Origin: Lingula anatina
Lineage: Eukaryota; Animalia; Brachiopoda
Direction: 5' to 3'
DNA length: 64,000 bases
NCBI GenBank assembly: GCA_051362555.1
Contig: CM120647.1
Location: forward strand, 8,432,001 to 8,496,000
Part shown: in pieces, positions 41,401 through 52,960 of the stretch
How the letters are laid out: each line of letters opens with the position of its first letter
Position numbering within the stretch: position 1 is the stretch's first letter
Program-made: the position numbers and the translations under genes
Notes under the pieces: model-generated
What the model was told of the DNA's origin: nothing
The model's database searches: none
Seen by the model: only the letters and a program-made list of their open reading frames with translations

Positions 41401-44400
41401 GGACATATGACAGAGAAAATGTGGATCATTTTCAAATGTGTTTCACTAGTATAAAAAAAAATTCTTTTTCATTTTGCATGATGTGGCTGACAAGTCCAAA
41501 CAAACACATTTCTCTTTAGAGCAATGACCTTGCTTTTTACTGCCAAGCTTTGCTGCCAGTGCAGGGTCATCATCGTGAAATATTTCCACATCATAGTGGA
41601 CATTATGGACATGAAAATGGACATTATAGTTGCTGTGACCAGTTCATAACAAGGGCGCCATTGCTGAAGTGCCAAGTCAGTGCCTTATTAAGCATTAGGT
41701 ACCGATACTATTGTAGACCACTGATTGGCACTTGTTACATCCATGTGATACAAATTAGCCAATTAGAACAGATGTTTCACAAATTTATCCAATTAGAACA
41801 TGTGACACAAATTTACAAATTAGAAAGGATGTGACACAAATTAGCCAATTAGAACGGATGCAAGACAAAAACCGATATTGGGACAGAGATGAACATAGCT
41901 GATGATTAATTATCATTTTACTCATCTGATATATCACCCCTACTTAATAGTACTGTAGTAACTGTTGGAATATAGTTCAAATTTCAATTTATTTCTGTTC
42001 TTCATGTAAAAAGTGTACTTCTCTTCAAAGTCTGGCCCTAGGTTGAAAGTAATTAATTATGAAGGACATTTATTAATTATTAATATTGTGCATCATACAT
42101 TTGTTCAGCTACCAGCTACTGTTCCTGCTCTGGGTTAGAAGACAGATGGATCCTGGTAGCCCTGGTCTCCCAAGTAGACTGTACTAAGATCAATTTGCTT
42201 CAGGTACAGGCTATATATCAAAAGCATTCTATCTTGATAGCCACCCCATTGAAAACTTAACCTAATACCTAAAAAATAGATATATACATAATGATATATT
42301 ATGTTTTGCTGGAAATTCATTTGTGTAGTCTTTTGACTATTTTACATGTTTAAAATTTTCAATTTCTATACTAACTATACCTTTTACTAACCTATATTTT
42401 CTATACCTAAGCAAAGCCTTTGATCACTGACTGTGTAAGTGTAGAAATTGACAAGTTTAAAGATCAAAAACTATAAATTATAAATGGACTCATATTAAGT
42501 AATTTTCATAACATGAGTACCGCCATCATTTGTGTTTGTGTCTATGTTTTACCACTGAATCATAAATCATATGCCATGAATAAAGCAACAACAACAACAA
42601 CAACATTCTAGCCCATTAGCAACACAAATGACATCTAGTGACATCAGTGCCATTTAGTGAAAAAGTCTGAAAATATGGCATGGGGTCCATCGCTCTCAAA
42701 AGTGATATTTTTGGCTTACAAAGAGTCCAAAATCTGCTGATAGTTACGAAAATCTGATTACGGGACTGACATTAAAACATTTCTGTGGCCATCATAAAAA
42801 GATTCTGACAAGAGTATCTGTTCCTGCCTATTAGCATTAACAAAATAGATTAACCTAATAACACTATGAACCAAAGCTTGTTCGGTCAGCAACAATTACT
42901 ATTGTATAGATGCTGCGAAAATGAACAACTTGATGCTATTATCCATCTGTTGCTTTTCTCTCCTAGCTCATTGATTTTCTGCTCCAATTCTGAGAGGGTA
43001 TTATCGCATTAGCTGTGGGTCATACACTTGCATCTGCATTGACTTAACAGATATCTTTATACGGCTGAACAAATAAGCACATTCATTAGGTACACAAACA
43101 TGGCTATTTCTGACCGTGCTGCGCCCAATAAAATTCACAGAGTAAATAATATATTATCCAAGCAGGCATCCATAGACAAGGGCACTGACTTGAGATAACA
43201 CCTCCTATCTCACTCAAAAGTTCACCAGAGTGATTTGTGAACAGCATATGCTGACCCAAGTTCTATCACTACAATGCTAAAATTGTGAAAAGAATTATTT
43301 GTACAGTCCGAGTATATTTCCACAGGCATCTGGTGTTGAAATTATAAGTGTCTATATATAACTTAGGTGTCAACCAACAAAACCAGTTGAAATCAGAAAT
43401 GTTGGTGAAAAAAAGAAAGAAAGAAACTTGGGTTGAATAAAGTGCATTCACTTACCGGCAATAAAACATCTTTCTTTCATCATCAATTTTCACAATGTGA
43501 TTTTTTTTCTAGATCTTTATCAAGTATTGGGCAACAGAAACATGAATCATATATCAAGTTTTAAAAATCTGAACTGGCAATCTAGATCTTTATCACGTCT
43601 AGGGGCCCAGTGTTAACTTTTGAGACACGTCCCAGATGACCTGCGAAAATTGAAAATATTTCTATTCATGCTGCATAGAATGCATTACAAGGATAACAAC
43701 TCTTCATGAGATTTAAAATTTCACAATATATATTGTAATCAACACAGTGGCTGCAATGAATTACTTTTTACCATCAGGTCGGCATTTTTCACAATTATTC
43801 TGAAGTCTGCCATCACTGAACCTTCATAGATGGCTACCATCTGTAATTATTTCCAAGGAGATTATTACAAAAAACACAAAAATAGTTGACAAACTTTGAA
43901 TGTCAGAACAAATTCATTAACAATTGAAAAGTGTGGAAAATTGTCGTCAACTCCAAAGAAATCCCTGCATGGCACTTAACCCAACAAAACTAAAACATCT
44001 CAGTTCTTTAAGTTTAGGTGGTGCAGCAGCTCAACTTTGTTTATTTGCATCTTTGCTGACATATGCACAAGGTCAACCTGGGTCAAGGCTACCGAAACAA
44101 TGCCAGAACCTTCATTAAGGTGAAAACTGGGGCTTCTCAGGGTTGTAGTTTCCATCTGCTACTGGTATATACAGCACATAAAACTGGATGCTTATGACAA
44201 TACGAAAATCATGACAGAGAAGGAATGAAAATGACATTTCTACAGAGCATCCATGACTGTGTAAATTATAATGTGTGCACACAAGGGCTGTGAGTCACTG
44301 AATTAAAAGTCATGCAGCAGTATACCTAATACCTCACAGCTGCCAAAGAAATATAAACCGCAATAACAATAGACAGAACATCCTTATAACAGAGTTGACA

Positions 44401-44624
44401 CTGAAATAAAGTGAATGTAGGTGGGGAAAGCCACATCAATATTCCACGGTCTGTTTCTCGGGCTTGTCAATATTAAGCAGGCCCAACTCGGGACTGAAGT
44501 GAAATGTAAAGACGTTGTTTAGAAGCATAACATTACAATTTTGAAGTGATGAAATTATTAAAACTGCATAATTGTACGCTTTTTTACCTTGGTTGACTTC
44601 TTCTCCGGTAGTTTTGGAGTCCAT
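16159..44624 (-). CDS. TPD52: Tumor protein D52/D54 family protein, spliced model of 233 aa: join(44588-44624, 29609-29733, 29161-29309, 28307-28366, 26423-26482, 24172-24261, 23832-23892, 16159-16278)
   Basis: All introns are GT-AG and the phases chain without a stop (702 nt); D52 motifs EWRVELAKTEEEIQTLRSVLGAKVRHANELKKKLGIT, AYKKT and RNSQTFKSIEEKV. Confidence 0.9.
18632..18680. repeat. (CT)n(CA)n compound microsatellite
   Basis: Visible dinucleotide runs. Confidence 0.9.
19435..22364 (-). mobile_element. Non-autonomous Helentron-associated element (HINE-like), copy 1, with 12 internal ~145-bp repeats
   Basis: Minus strand: 5' subTIR TGTACCACCAGC plus inverted partner forming a stem-loop, CCGGCTCCG microrepeat, central tandem array, 3' subTIR, GAGGCG..CGCCTC hairpin and CTAGTT end; no TSD; homologous to 46176-49424 and 55901-57735. 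Confidence 0.8.
23832..23892 (-). CDS. TPD52: TPD52-like exon (R)NSQTFKSIEEKVGSAYSNVK
   Basis: Matches the D52 NSxTFKSFEEKV motif; AG/GT boundaries; 61 nt. Confidence 0.92.
23934..24002. repeat. (CT)n(CA)n microsatellite
   Basis: Visible dinucleotide runs. Confidence 0.9.
24172..24261 (-). CDS. TPD52: TPD52-like exon YQKTNEAFKNVGTKASQAANAAGKKLSDL
   Basis: Resembles D52 YKKT..L..AGQKASAA..KKL.D; 90 nt; phase 2/2. Confidence 0.9.
24632..24792. repeat. Two-copy ~80-bp tandem duplication
   Basis: TTGCCACCAAATG.CCCTTG..G.ATGAAGAGTTA.GTAAGTA.. repeated at 24632 and 24712. Confidence 0.8.
25435..25550. repeat. ~33-bp degenerate minisatellite, about 4 copies
   Basis: GGCCACTTA..ACAT..AT..TC.CCAT.T units. 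Confidence 0.65.
26423..26482 (-). CDS. TPD52: TPD52-like 60-nt cassette exon B (YKKTNEKLHQWEDKITSSG)
   Basis: CAG|GTACAAAAAGAC...|GTGAGTACT; symmetric phase 2; resembles the D54 20-aa insert YVKTSEKLGEWNEKVTQSD. Confidence 0.85.
28223..28295 (-). promoter_or_regulatory. Cluster of four UGCAUG (Rbfox-type) intronic splicing elements
   Basis: Plus-strand CATGCA at 28223, 28227, 28274 and 28290, all within 85 nt downstream of cassette exon A. Confidence 0.65.
28307..28366 (-). CDS. TPD52: TPD52-like 60-nt cassette exon A (YKKTSEKVHQLEDKITHSE)
   Basis: CAG|GTACAAAAAGAC...|GTGAGTACT; paralogous to 26423-26482. Confidence 0.85.
29161..29309 (-). CDS. TPD52: TPD52-like coiled-coil exon TEEEIQTLRSVLGAKVRHANELKKKLGITTLQEFKQDVSSTLTSIRESD
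   Basis: Hallmark D52 coiled coil; TAG acceptor, GTAAGT donor; 149 nt. Confidence 0.95.
29609..29733 (-). CDS. TPD52: TPD52-like exon 2 (D)DHFYDTAELATPDSGIADTSPTKDPAEVEKEKEEWRVELAK
   Basis: 125 nt; phase 1 in, phase 0 out; ends in the D52 EE.R.EL.K motif. Confidence 0.92.
30649..31382. mobile_element. PIF/Harbinger-like MITE
   Basis: TIR GCCCCCGTTTCACAAA / TTTGTGAAACGGGGGC; 3-bp CAG duplication at both flanks; subterminal GTTTCACAAAGAATCT repeats at both ends. Confidence 0.85.
32375..32408. repeat. (GA)n microsatellite
   Basis: Visible run. Confidence 0.9.
32490..32556 (-). CDS. Candidate alternative first coding exon of TPD52-like gene (MESVDLGHPIGVEAGGTSYAEI)
   Basis: ATG at 32556, 22 codons + 1 nt, then AG|GTGAGA donor; phase 1 fits exon 2. 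Confidence 0.4.
34073..34118. repeat. (TA)n microsatellite
   Basis: Visible run. Confidence 0.9.
36180..36370. mobile_element. Degenerate MITE, same family as 39645-39851
   Basis: GATCAAATATGGCC..GGCCATATTTGATC inverted pair; shared core AATCCCT..GGGAAACTATTC.GTGTCT.TT..GGGATT. Confidence 0.6.
36445..36718 (-). CDS. Probable long alternative first coding exon of TPD52-like gene (91 aa, basic then acidic)
   Basis: MQKIFNRNNSKESSKPKG..EAEEEEYNLEYQ..SDDEINTDKTVEESEDVEDAMNKMADQKKQ; 274 nt (91 codons + 1) ending AAG|GTAGGG; phase 1 fits exon 2; protein-like composition. Confidence 0.65.
38422..38464. repeat. (TAAA)n microsatellite
   Basis: Visible run. Confidence 0.9.
39645..39851. mobile_element. 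MITE with long imperfect inverted arms
   Basis: GATCTGCGGATAAAATATGGCCGACCCACT.GAA versus TTCAAGTGGGTCGGCCATATTTGATCCACAGATC. Confidence 0.7.
40283..40598. repeat. ~97-bp direct repeat, two copies ~219 bp apart
   Basis: GACATCCTC.AAAGCAGCTGCTCAA..CAATCATGA..AGT.TATCCAGACTGACCTAATGAGAG..CAAATTAGTA at ~40283 and ~40502. Confidence 0.75.
41745..41868. repeat. ~28-bp minisatellite, about 4 copies
   Basis: ACAAATT..CCAATTAGAAC..ATG units. Confidence 0.7.
43456..43483 (-). CDS. Weak candidate alternative first exon (MMKERCFIA)
   Basis: ATG ATG, 9 codons + 1 nt, then CCG|GTAAGT consensus donor; phase 1. Confidence 0.25.
44588..44624 (-). CDS. TPD52: TPD52-like first coding exon MDSKTTGEEVNQ
   Basis: GCAATGG start context; AAG|GTAAAA donor; phase 1 fits exon 2; ETS-like CCGGAAG near 44743; a duplicate at 60.6 kb keeps both ATG and donor. 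Confidence 0.75.
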
Positions 44625-46175
44625 TGCGACTGTCAAGGTTCTAAGTTGAGAGCGCAGTACAAGTTTTCTTCAAAGGATTTTGTCTGGTCACCCTCGAAAT
44701 TCACTTTCCAACGTGGTGATGTCACCAAATATAGCCTCAAAACCGGAAGCAAAATACACCTTTACTAATTTTGATTTTCTTTAAAACACTTAGATATGTG
44801 TAAAGCCTGGTTTAGAATTCGCAAATAGGAATTAATTTTGACATTGGAGATGGTAGTATATTGAAGATAGTAGAAATGAATCCAAATTGAGATTAACATT
44901 TCACTTCTCTATAAGGCGAGATTCTACGATACTAAAAACGTCAAGATGGCGATGGGAAGGGAAACAAACGTGAGTACTTTTTTGATATTGATCAAGCACA
45001 GTCTATTTGTCAGATTTTTCAATAAATGTATTAAATTGCACAGATCTTTATTTATTTTTCTTTCAGAAAATCCACAGATTAAGGACAGATTTTCCTCATG
45101 GTTCTTATACCGTTGAATAGTACCGCTTGTTCCCAACCATAATCTTCATAAAGGCAAAGCGTGACACAAGACTTTGAGATTTTCCAATAAGGTTGACCGA
45201 AAAACCTGTCGATTTTCCTGAATTATTTAAGTACCTCGGACACGTGAACATTGATTTTAGTGAAAGGTTATGCAGCGGTATTGGAATTGCATTATGTAAA
45301 GAAAATAAACAGTGTACGCATCGTATGCAAGTACGTGAATGCCGCGTTTGGTACTTTGTATCAGACGCTTCATTTTACTTGACATCACAGTGTTAACGAT
45401 GTCACATTCATGTTATATTCATTACATAATAAAAAACAACGACAATAAACTATTTTCACATGTTTGACGTATTTCCCTTGTTACTCTCTTCAATAAATCT
45501 GTTGTAAAGTTTTAAATGGCCTGCACCTTCGCATCAGTACATGTATGACAAATCTGAAAATAGCTAGTATACTCCAACTGTTAAACGTAATGAAAGTTCT
45601 TAATGTACTTGGGTGGCTCTCCACACAAACCAAAAATAAAAATTCAAAATTTAAACGTTAGAAATTCATTTTAAAAAAACGTTTTAGTGAAAAAAAAAAA
45701 AACATTTTCCCATTGATTTGAATGGGTACTAGTGCGTCACGCAGGGTGTAACATATTTGGGCCCTGTGTTCTTATTTGGTCGGTGACCCCCCCCCCCCCT
45801 TTTTTTTTTTTTTTTAATGTACTTGGGTGTCTCTTCAAACAAAATTTTTAAAAAAAATCGAACGCTGGAACATGTAACGACCGATCTACCTTAAATGAGA
45901 TTACATAAAACACACGTTGAGATTTCCCTGTAAAGTCCCATAGGTTAAGAGGGCAATGTAGGTTAGAGATTTTCTCTTAAAATAAAGGTCTTAGCTTTTT
46001 TATTCCTGTCATATCTATTCATTTAATGCATCTTCAAAATATCTAGAATTATGCTTGAAACACAGCTCCAACTTCATCGTGTGACGTAATATTGGGATTT
46101 TGGGGACAAAAACACCATTTTAAACACCTGATTTCTCAGGCACCTGGACAGCTATAAACATGAATTTAATAGTAT

Positions 46176-49100
46176 AACTAGAGGATCAGAGAGGCGATAC
46201 CGCCTCCGAATATTGTACCACCAGCTGGAGCAAGCGCATTCGTATAGACCCCCACATACACAAAATAAGGGGTGCAGCCACCAGTCTTGTGCTTGACAAG
46301 CTGTAAAAATGCAATCAACAAGAATTTTCAAAATATGCAAAAAATATATATAACTAAAAATGGTGCAATCAAAGTTAAGTTCATTGTAAGGTAGGTCAAA
46401 GGTCAATTTCAAGGTCACAGTAAATTGCCAGTATATGACTTCCTATCCAACTTCAATAGTAACTATGGACCTATCTCTGCCAGTTTTGGAGATAAAAGGG
46501 AAGCAAAATTTGCAAAGTTCAGTTCATGGTGAAAAGTAGGTCAAAGGTCAATTTCAAGGTCACAGTAAGATTGCCAGTATATGACTTCCTATTCAACTTC
46601 AATAGTAACTATGGACCTATCTCTGCCAGTTTTGGAGATAAAAGGGAAGCAAAATTTGCAAAGTTCAGTTCATGGTGAAAAGTAGGTCAAAGGTCAATTT
46701 CAAGGTCACATTTAGATTGCCAGTATATGACTTCCTATTCAACTTCAATAGTAACTATGGACCTATCTCTGACAGTTTTGGAGATAAAAGGAAAGCAAAA
46801 TTTGCAAAGTTCAGTTCATGGTGAAAAGAAGGTCAAAGGTCAATTTCAAGGTCACAGTAAAATTGCCAGTATATGACTTCCTATGCAAGTTCAATAGTAA
46901 CTATGGACCTATCTCTGCCAGTTTTGGAGATAAAAGGGAAGCAAATTTTGCAAAGTTCAGTTCAAGGTGAAAAGTAGGTCAAAGGTCAATTTCAAGGTCA
47001 CAGTAAAATTGCCAGTATATGACTTCCTATTCAAGTTCAATAGTAACTATGGACCTATCTCTGCCAGTTTTGGAGATAAAAGGGAAGCAAAATTTGCAAA
47101 GTTCAGTTCATGGTGATAAGTAGGTCAAAGGTCAATTTCAAGGTCACAGTAAGATTGCCAGTATATGACTTCCTATTCAACTTCAATAGTAACTATGGAC
47201 CTATCTCTGACAGTTTTGGAGATAAAAGGGAAGCAAAATTTGCAAAGTTCAGTTCATGGTGAAAAGTAGGTCAAAGGTCAATGTCAAGGTCACAGTAAGA
47301 TTGCCAGTATATGACTTCCTATTCAACTTCAATAGTAACTATGGACCTATCTCTGCCAGTTTTGGAGATATAAGGGACTAAATGTTATAATTTTGGAGTT
47401 ACCATAATGTGCCATAAATTTCCTACAGAAAAAATTAATTAAAATAAAGAAAAGGTCATTTTGGTCAAAGTTCTTGAAATGGGAGGTTCTCTGAAGTTGC
47501 AGAAGTTTAAATTTGATAAAATAATGTCATTTTTGACCACAAGTTGTCTGCTTTGCCAAGCATTATGTTTTATTTTTCCGGAGTTCAAAATTTATTATCC
47601 ATTACCGTACTGCACATTTTTACGGAAGCCGACTGGTGCCATATGTTGAAAAAAAAAATTATCTCGAAATTTCGAGATAGCATTTTTTTTGTTCAAATTT
47701 CAAAATACTATCTCGAAATTTCGAGATAAATTTTTTTGCTCAAATATCAAAATGCTATCTCGAAATTTCGAGATAATTTTTTTTTTGTTCAAATTTCAAA
47801 ATAGTATCTCGAAATTTCGAGATAATTTTTTTTTCTACATATGGCACCAGTCGGCTTCCGTACATTTTCCTTTCCCCACCAATATGTACTTTCTGATACA
47901 GCGTAACTCGAAAACCGTATGGAATACAAAAAAACTGAGACCACCTCCAGTGTTGGGCTTTACATGCTCTACAAAATGCAAAAAAGAATGGGTCTCTAGC
48001 ATTAACGGTTCCCGAATTAGAGACAGTTTTCAGTTTCGGTATCTTATGGCCGCTACTCCTGTGAAAAAGCACCGATTGACCCCAAATTCACGGAGATGAA
48101 AGATGACCTGAAGGGTAACACTTTCCAATAATATTATTGGTTAAGTCTGTGTGGCGTCTGAATAACAGGGCAAAAAAATTTTTTTTCGTAAAAAATTTCA
48201 TTTTTTTGAAAATTTTGACCCATTTGACCTTGAAGTAAAGGTCAAAGGTCAAATCCGAGGGTATATTTGAAATCTACACATATGACTTTTGGAAAGCCGT
48301 CTATAGAAATTTTTCCCGTAACTCCTTCTGTAGGGTAGATAATTAGCATTTAATTTTGCCATTTTTAGACAAGGGTGCATTGCAATGAGTGCCACACCCA
48401 GACCCCAATACCGACAAAGCCCAAATTTTACGTGGAACGAGTTGAGATTATAGGTGACCTAAATCCATGAGATGGGTACGGGGGCCCTTACCGTCTAGGA
48501 GGAAAGCGGTAACGGTAACATGGCGGCGGAGCCGGCGAACGGACCGGACGGGACCGAAACCATGTGTACCGCCAGCGCTAACGCTGGTGGTAAATTTTTT
48601 TGTTCAAATTTCAAAATAGTATCTCGAAATTTCGAGATAATTTTTTTTTCTACATATGGCACCAGTTGGCTTCCGTACATTTTCCTTTCCCCACCAATAT
48701 GTACTTTCTGATACAGCGTAACTCGAAAACCGTATGGAATACAAAAAAACTGAGACCACCTCCAGTGTTGGGCTTTACATGCTCTACAAAATGCAAAAAA
48801 GAATGGGTCTCTAGCATTAACGGTTCCCGAATTAGAGACAGTTTTCAGTTTCGGTATCTTATGGCCGCTACTCCTGTGAAAATGCACCGATTGACCCCAA
48901 ATTCACGGAGATGAAAGATGACCTGAAGGGTAACACTTTCCAATAATATTATTGGTTAAGTCTGTGTGGTGTCTGAATAACAGGGCAAAAAATTTTTTTT
49001 TCGTAAAAAATTTCATTTTTTTGAAAATTTTGGCCCATTTGACCTTGAAGTAAAGGTCAAAGGTCAAATCCGAGGGTATATTTGAAATCTACACATATGA

Positions 49101-49424
49101 CTTTTGGAAAGCCGTCTGTAGAAATTTTTCCCGTAACTCCTTCCGTAGGGTAGATAATTAGCATTTAATTTTGCCATTTTTGGACAAGGGTGCATTGCAA
49201 TGAGTGCCACACCCAGACCCCAATACCGACAAAGCCCAAATTTTACGTGGAACGAGTTGAGATTATAGGTGACCTAAATCCATGAGATGGGTATGGGGGG
49301 CCTTACCGTCTAGGAGGAGAAGCGGTAACGGTAGCCGTCCGGCGGAGCCGGCGGAGCCGGCGGAACGATACGGACGAGACCGAAACCATGTGTACCGCCA
49401 GCGCTAACGCTGGTGGTACAATAA
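46176..49424 (-). mobile_element. HINE-like element copy 2: 7 x 146-bp units, nested MITE and ~815-bp duplication of its 5' part
   Basis: Same termini as copy 1; AGGTCAAAGGTCA at 46393, 46538, 46684, 46830, 46976, 47122 and 47268; ~47778-48592 is repeated at ~48593-49418. Confidence 0.85.
47621..47862. mobile_element. MITE with TAC..GTA ends and 6-bp TSD (IS3EU-like), nested in HINE copy 2
   Basis: 26-bp perfect TIR TACGGAAGCCGACTGGTGCCATATGT; TSD CATTTT (47615-47620 and 47863-47868); empty site seen in copy 1 near 21610; 4 internal palindromes TATCTCGAAATTTCGAGATA. Confidence 0.9.
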
Positions 49425-50819
49425 CACTCGAACAAAGTACTAAAGGGAGTCATGGATTTTTCTTTAGAGGCTTATTGTTGATTTCATCTATAAAAACGTG
49501 TAGTCTAGTGAAATTACATCAAAATATTAAGGAATTTTCACTTTCAAAGTCAATAAATTGGAAAAGAGAGGATCAATTAAAATTTCTTAAAAAGCATTTT
49601 TAGTGCATACTTTTCTTAATTAGCATGGTAAATTTGGTGTCCCTCAGGTGTACATGTAGACTGTTATAGCTCGTTCCGATAACGCTATCTCGTCAATCTT
49701 GAATTCTGACGATGGCGAAGATGGGTACTTTATTGCCAGTTGAAATTAGCTTGTTTGCATGCATTTGGATGTCAGAAAATCTTATTTTTGTATCAATCTC
49801 ACCCCTGTTAAGGGGTTGTCGCTAGCACTGCCAGAATGATTGACAGGCAATCAAGTAAGCTCTAATGACTCAACCAATCAGTGGCCACGTCAATTGACGT
49901 CGGGGCAAGTGTTAGGGATGCGCTGTAGGATGTGCACACAATAGCATCATCGCAGGCGGCTCTTGTCCACATTCGCCAAGCGAAAAATGGTTCGAAGACA
50001 CGGTCCTGTTACAGGACGCCGATTGGACCATCAACAACAAGAAAAAGATGCAACCAGGCAGGGCTTGTTAGAGGAAATGTGTAAAGTTGTGTTTGTCAGA
50101 AATTGGGATAATTATTGAAGAAAAAACCACCATGTCGGCCTTGAAAGTGCATACATGCATCCAGAACTGTACCTCGCGGTATACCAGCATTTAGGTTGAA
50201 AATGCTAGGGCTTATTCTCCAGCTCATATCTCATAGCAGAAATGAATAATTCTGAAAAATCAAAATGTCATAAATACTACAGCTCTTACATGATCTCAGC
50301 TTACTATTGTTCGCGCGAAAAACTGAGTCTAGCGGCACATGTACAGAAATTTTACGCCACCCGGCGAAAGGTTACGCTAGGATATGGTCTCAAGTCTTTT
50401 ATTTACGCAAAGCAATCTTGTATATGATTCCAGTCAGTATTCGACCAAATGTTTATGTCGATATCGCTCAGAAAAAGTCCAAAGCACAGAATTATCACCA
50501 TAGTCACATGATCGTAATCATTAGTTGTCACATCGTAATCATTAGTTGTCAAGTTAAAGATTTGATAAACATGCGCTTCGATGCTAGGCCAGATGGCCCA
50601 AGTTGCATAGATCTACAAAATCTGACGACAGTATAGAGCTGCTGTAGAAAATTGATCTATAGTTTGATGGTTGCCGTCACAAGTGGCAAGCAGCGGAATC
50701 TTTTTGTCGTATCTCAAAATGTTAAGAAGAAAATCGAAAGTACATGTATATCAACAAGCAATTTAAGGGAAAAAGCGTATTTCGGGAAAATCCAGTGTGT
50801 CGGAAAAGATTCTCGTTAA

Positions 50820-51030
50820 GGTCCTTTTACACTGGGCGGCGTCCTTTCTGCGTCCAGCAGTACGGCCCCATTTGAGAGTTAAAAAATTATAATACTTTAC
50901 GTGCCGACAACTGGCCGATCATTGAGCATTCATTCTGATACACAATCAATGTTCGTGCCTCCTTATTAAGACCACAGCGATGCCAAATTTCATGGTCGCA
51001 GAAAGGACGCCGTCCAGTGTAAAGGGGGTA
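50820..51030. mobile_element. Harbinger-like MITE
   Basis: ~35-bp imperfect TIR: TTTACACTGGGCGGCGTCCTTTCTGCGTCCA / TGGTCGCAGAAAGGACGCCGTCCAGTGTAAA. Confidence 0.7.
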
Positions 51031-52387
51031 TTAGCGCTGATCACAATCAAGACCAACTATCAAAATAGCTTAAGCGGAACAACAGGCGGAGCTTTGCCGA
51101 TCGCTGTTTATGACAAAGCAAGAAGTTATAAAGAGAAGGAGTAGAAACAAGGGGTTTCCTTTCATCCTATCCTCGTAACGGGCTTAATCCTAATAATTAC
51201 CCAGCTGGTGGTCTTAGGGAGAGCTTGTGCCTAATACATATCCAAGAGACCGTCCACGTGGGTTGCTTCAGCCAATTGGGATAAACCCTCGCGAAGTCTC
51301 TAATAATCTCACAGAGAAAACATGGTGGGATTACAGAAAGGTGTAGAGAGGGATTTCAAGCCTGGACGCAAACATTTTGGGAAATAAAACTCAAATCATG
51401 CGAGATACACCTTCATTTGATCTAGAGCCGATTAGCTATACAAAAATTAGTTTCACATCAAGAATGTATGAGAACAATTTCACAAACCCACCTTCAACGC
51501 TAAAATTTGCACCTGTAGAAGTCTCATATTTATTTTAAATTCTTTTTGTTGTGTAAAGGCGTGTAAAGGAAATTTACCTTCATCCAGAAATGACACATTC
51601 AATTCACAGCCGTGTACACAAAACAGTAGTACTTGCAATTTCCGTATGCCAGCCTCGTTTCTTTCTTTTTTGGCACATTATTGCTTATATACCAAGTAAA
51701 GCTTAAACAGGAAAATTGGGGAAATGAAAATAAGTTATTGCACTTAGTATGATTCTAAATAAAATTTCATTAATATATATTTTTGTTTAACTTTTTGTCT
51801 ATTACAGGAGGCCAACTAATAGTAGACTGATAGTTTAAATTCATTAGAAGAAAAAATCAAAGAAATATTTTTATTGATTGATATTGTTTTATTTCAACAT
51901 TCGAGCAACTTGTATAATATCTAAAACAAAGTACCAGCAATGAAAAGATGTCAATATTGTTACACCCAACAGTGATTAAAGCAATACAAAATTGGTTTTT
52001 ATTTTGATGTGGTAATTATTTTATTTTATACTTTAGACAATTAGCCAGTTAACACTAAATTCCCTTTTAAAATTTGGATCACTAAATTCCCTTTTAAAAC
52101 TTGCACCTCTTGTGCACTATAGTTTAATATTACTGGCGGTAAGAAAACAGAGCCTTGTGCCTCATCAAGTTGCTGCTGGAAACAATCATTTTGACTGTTC
52201 AATTATGGCTACATGTACATCTGCCAGCAAAACTAAAGATCTTTCACCTGCATTCTCTTCAACCTGAAATGAGTAAGTGCGGAATTCATAACAAAATATA
52301 ACTCTATATCCTAAACGAAACTCTGCAAACATCATATTGCAATAAAAAATTGAAAAAAATTCCGAGAGTTCCATGTCATCAAATTTT

Positions 52388-52960
52388 GGACCCACCATTT
52401 TGAAAAAGTCCCATTGAAAAGTTGTTTATTTGAAACGATGTTTTTCATCCAAAGGATTGATTCATTTAATATCAAAATGTTATATTGTAATGGTGCGCGT
52501 GCTTAACTAACCAGAAAAACATAAATTATGTGCTTACACCACGTTAAAATTACCAAAAATTGTCCCAAACTGTCACCCAACTGTCTCTAACCAATTTAGG
52601 GACCCGCCATTTTGAAAAAGTCGGATGAAAAGTTGTCTATTTGAAACGATGTTTTTCATCTAAAGGATTGATTCATTTAATATCAAAATGTTATATTGTA
52701 ATGGTGCGCGTGCTTAACTAACCAGAAAAACATAAATTATGTGCTTACACCACGTTAAAATTACCAAAAATTGTCCCAAACTGTCACCCAACTGTCTCTA
52801 ACCAATTTAGGGACCCGCCATTTTGAAAAAGTCGGATGAAAATTTGTCTATTTGAAACGATGTTTTTCATCTAAAGGATTGATTCATTTAATACCAAAGT
52901 GACGTATTGTAATGATGCACGTGCTTAACTAACCAGAAAAACATAAATTATGTGCATACA
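52388..52960. repeat. ~212-bp tandem repeat, about 2.7 copies
   Basis: CCATTTTGAAAAAGTC.. at 52395, 52607 and 52818. Confidence 0.9.

Noticed and set aside
47689-48914. 104-136-aa ORFs on both strands
   Set aside because: They lie within non-coding MITE/HINE sequence and are disrupted in the other element copies
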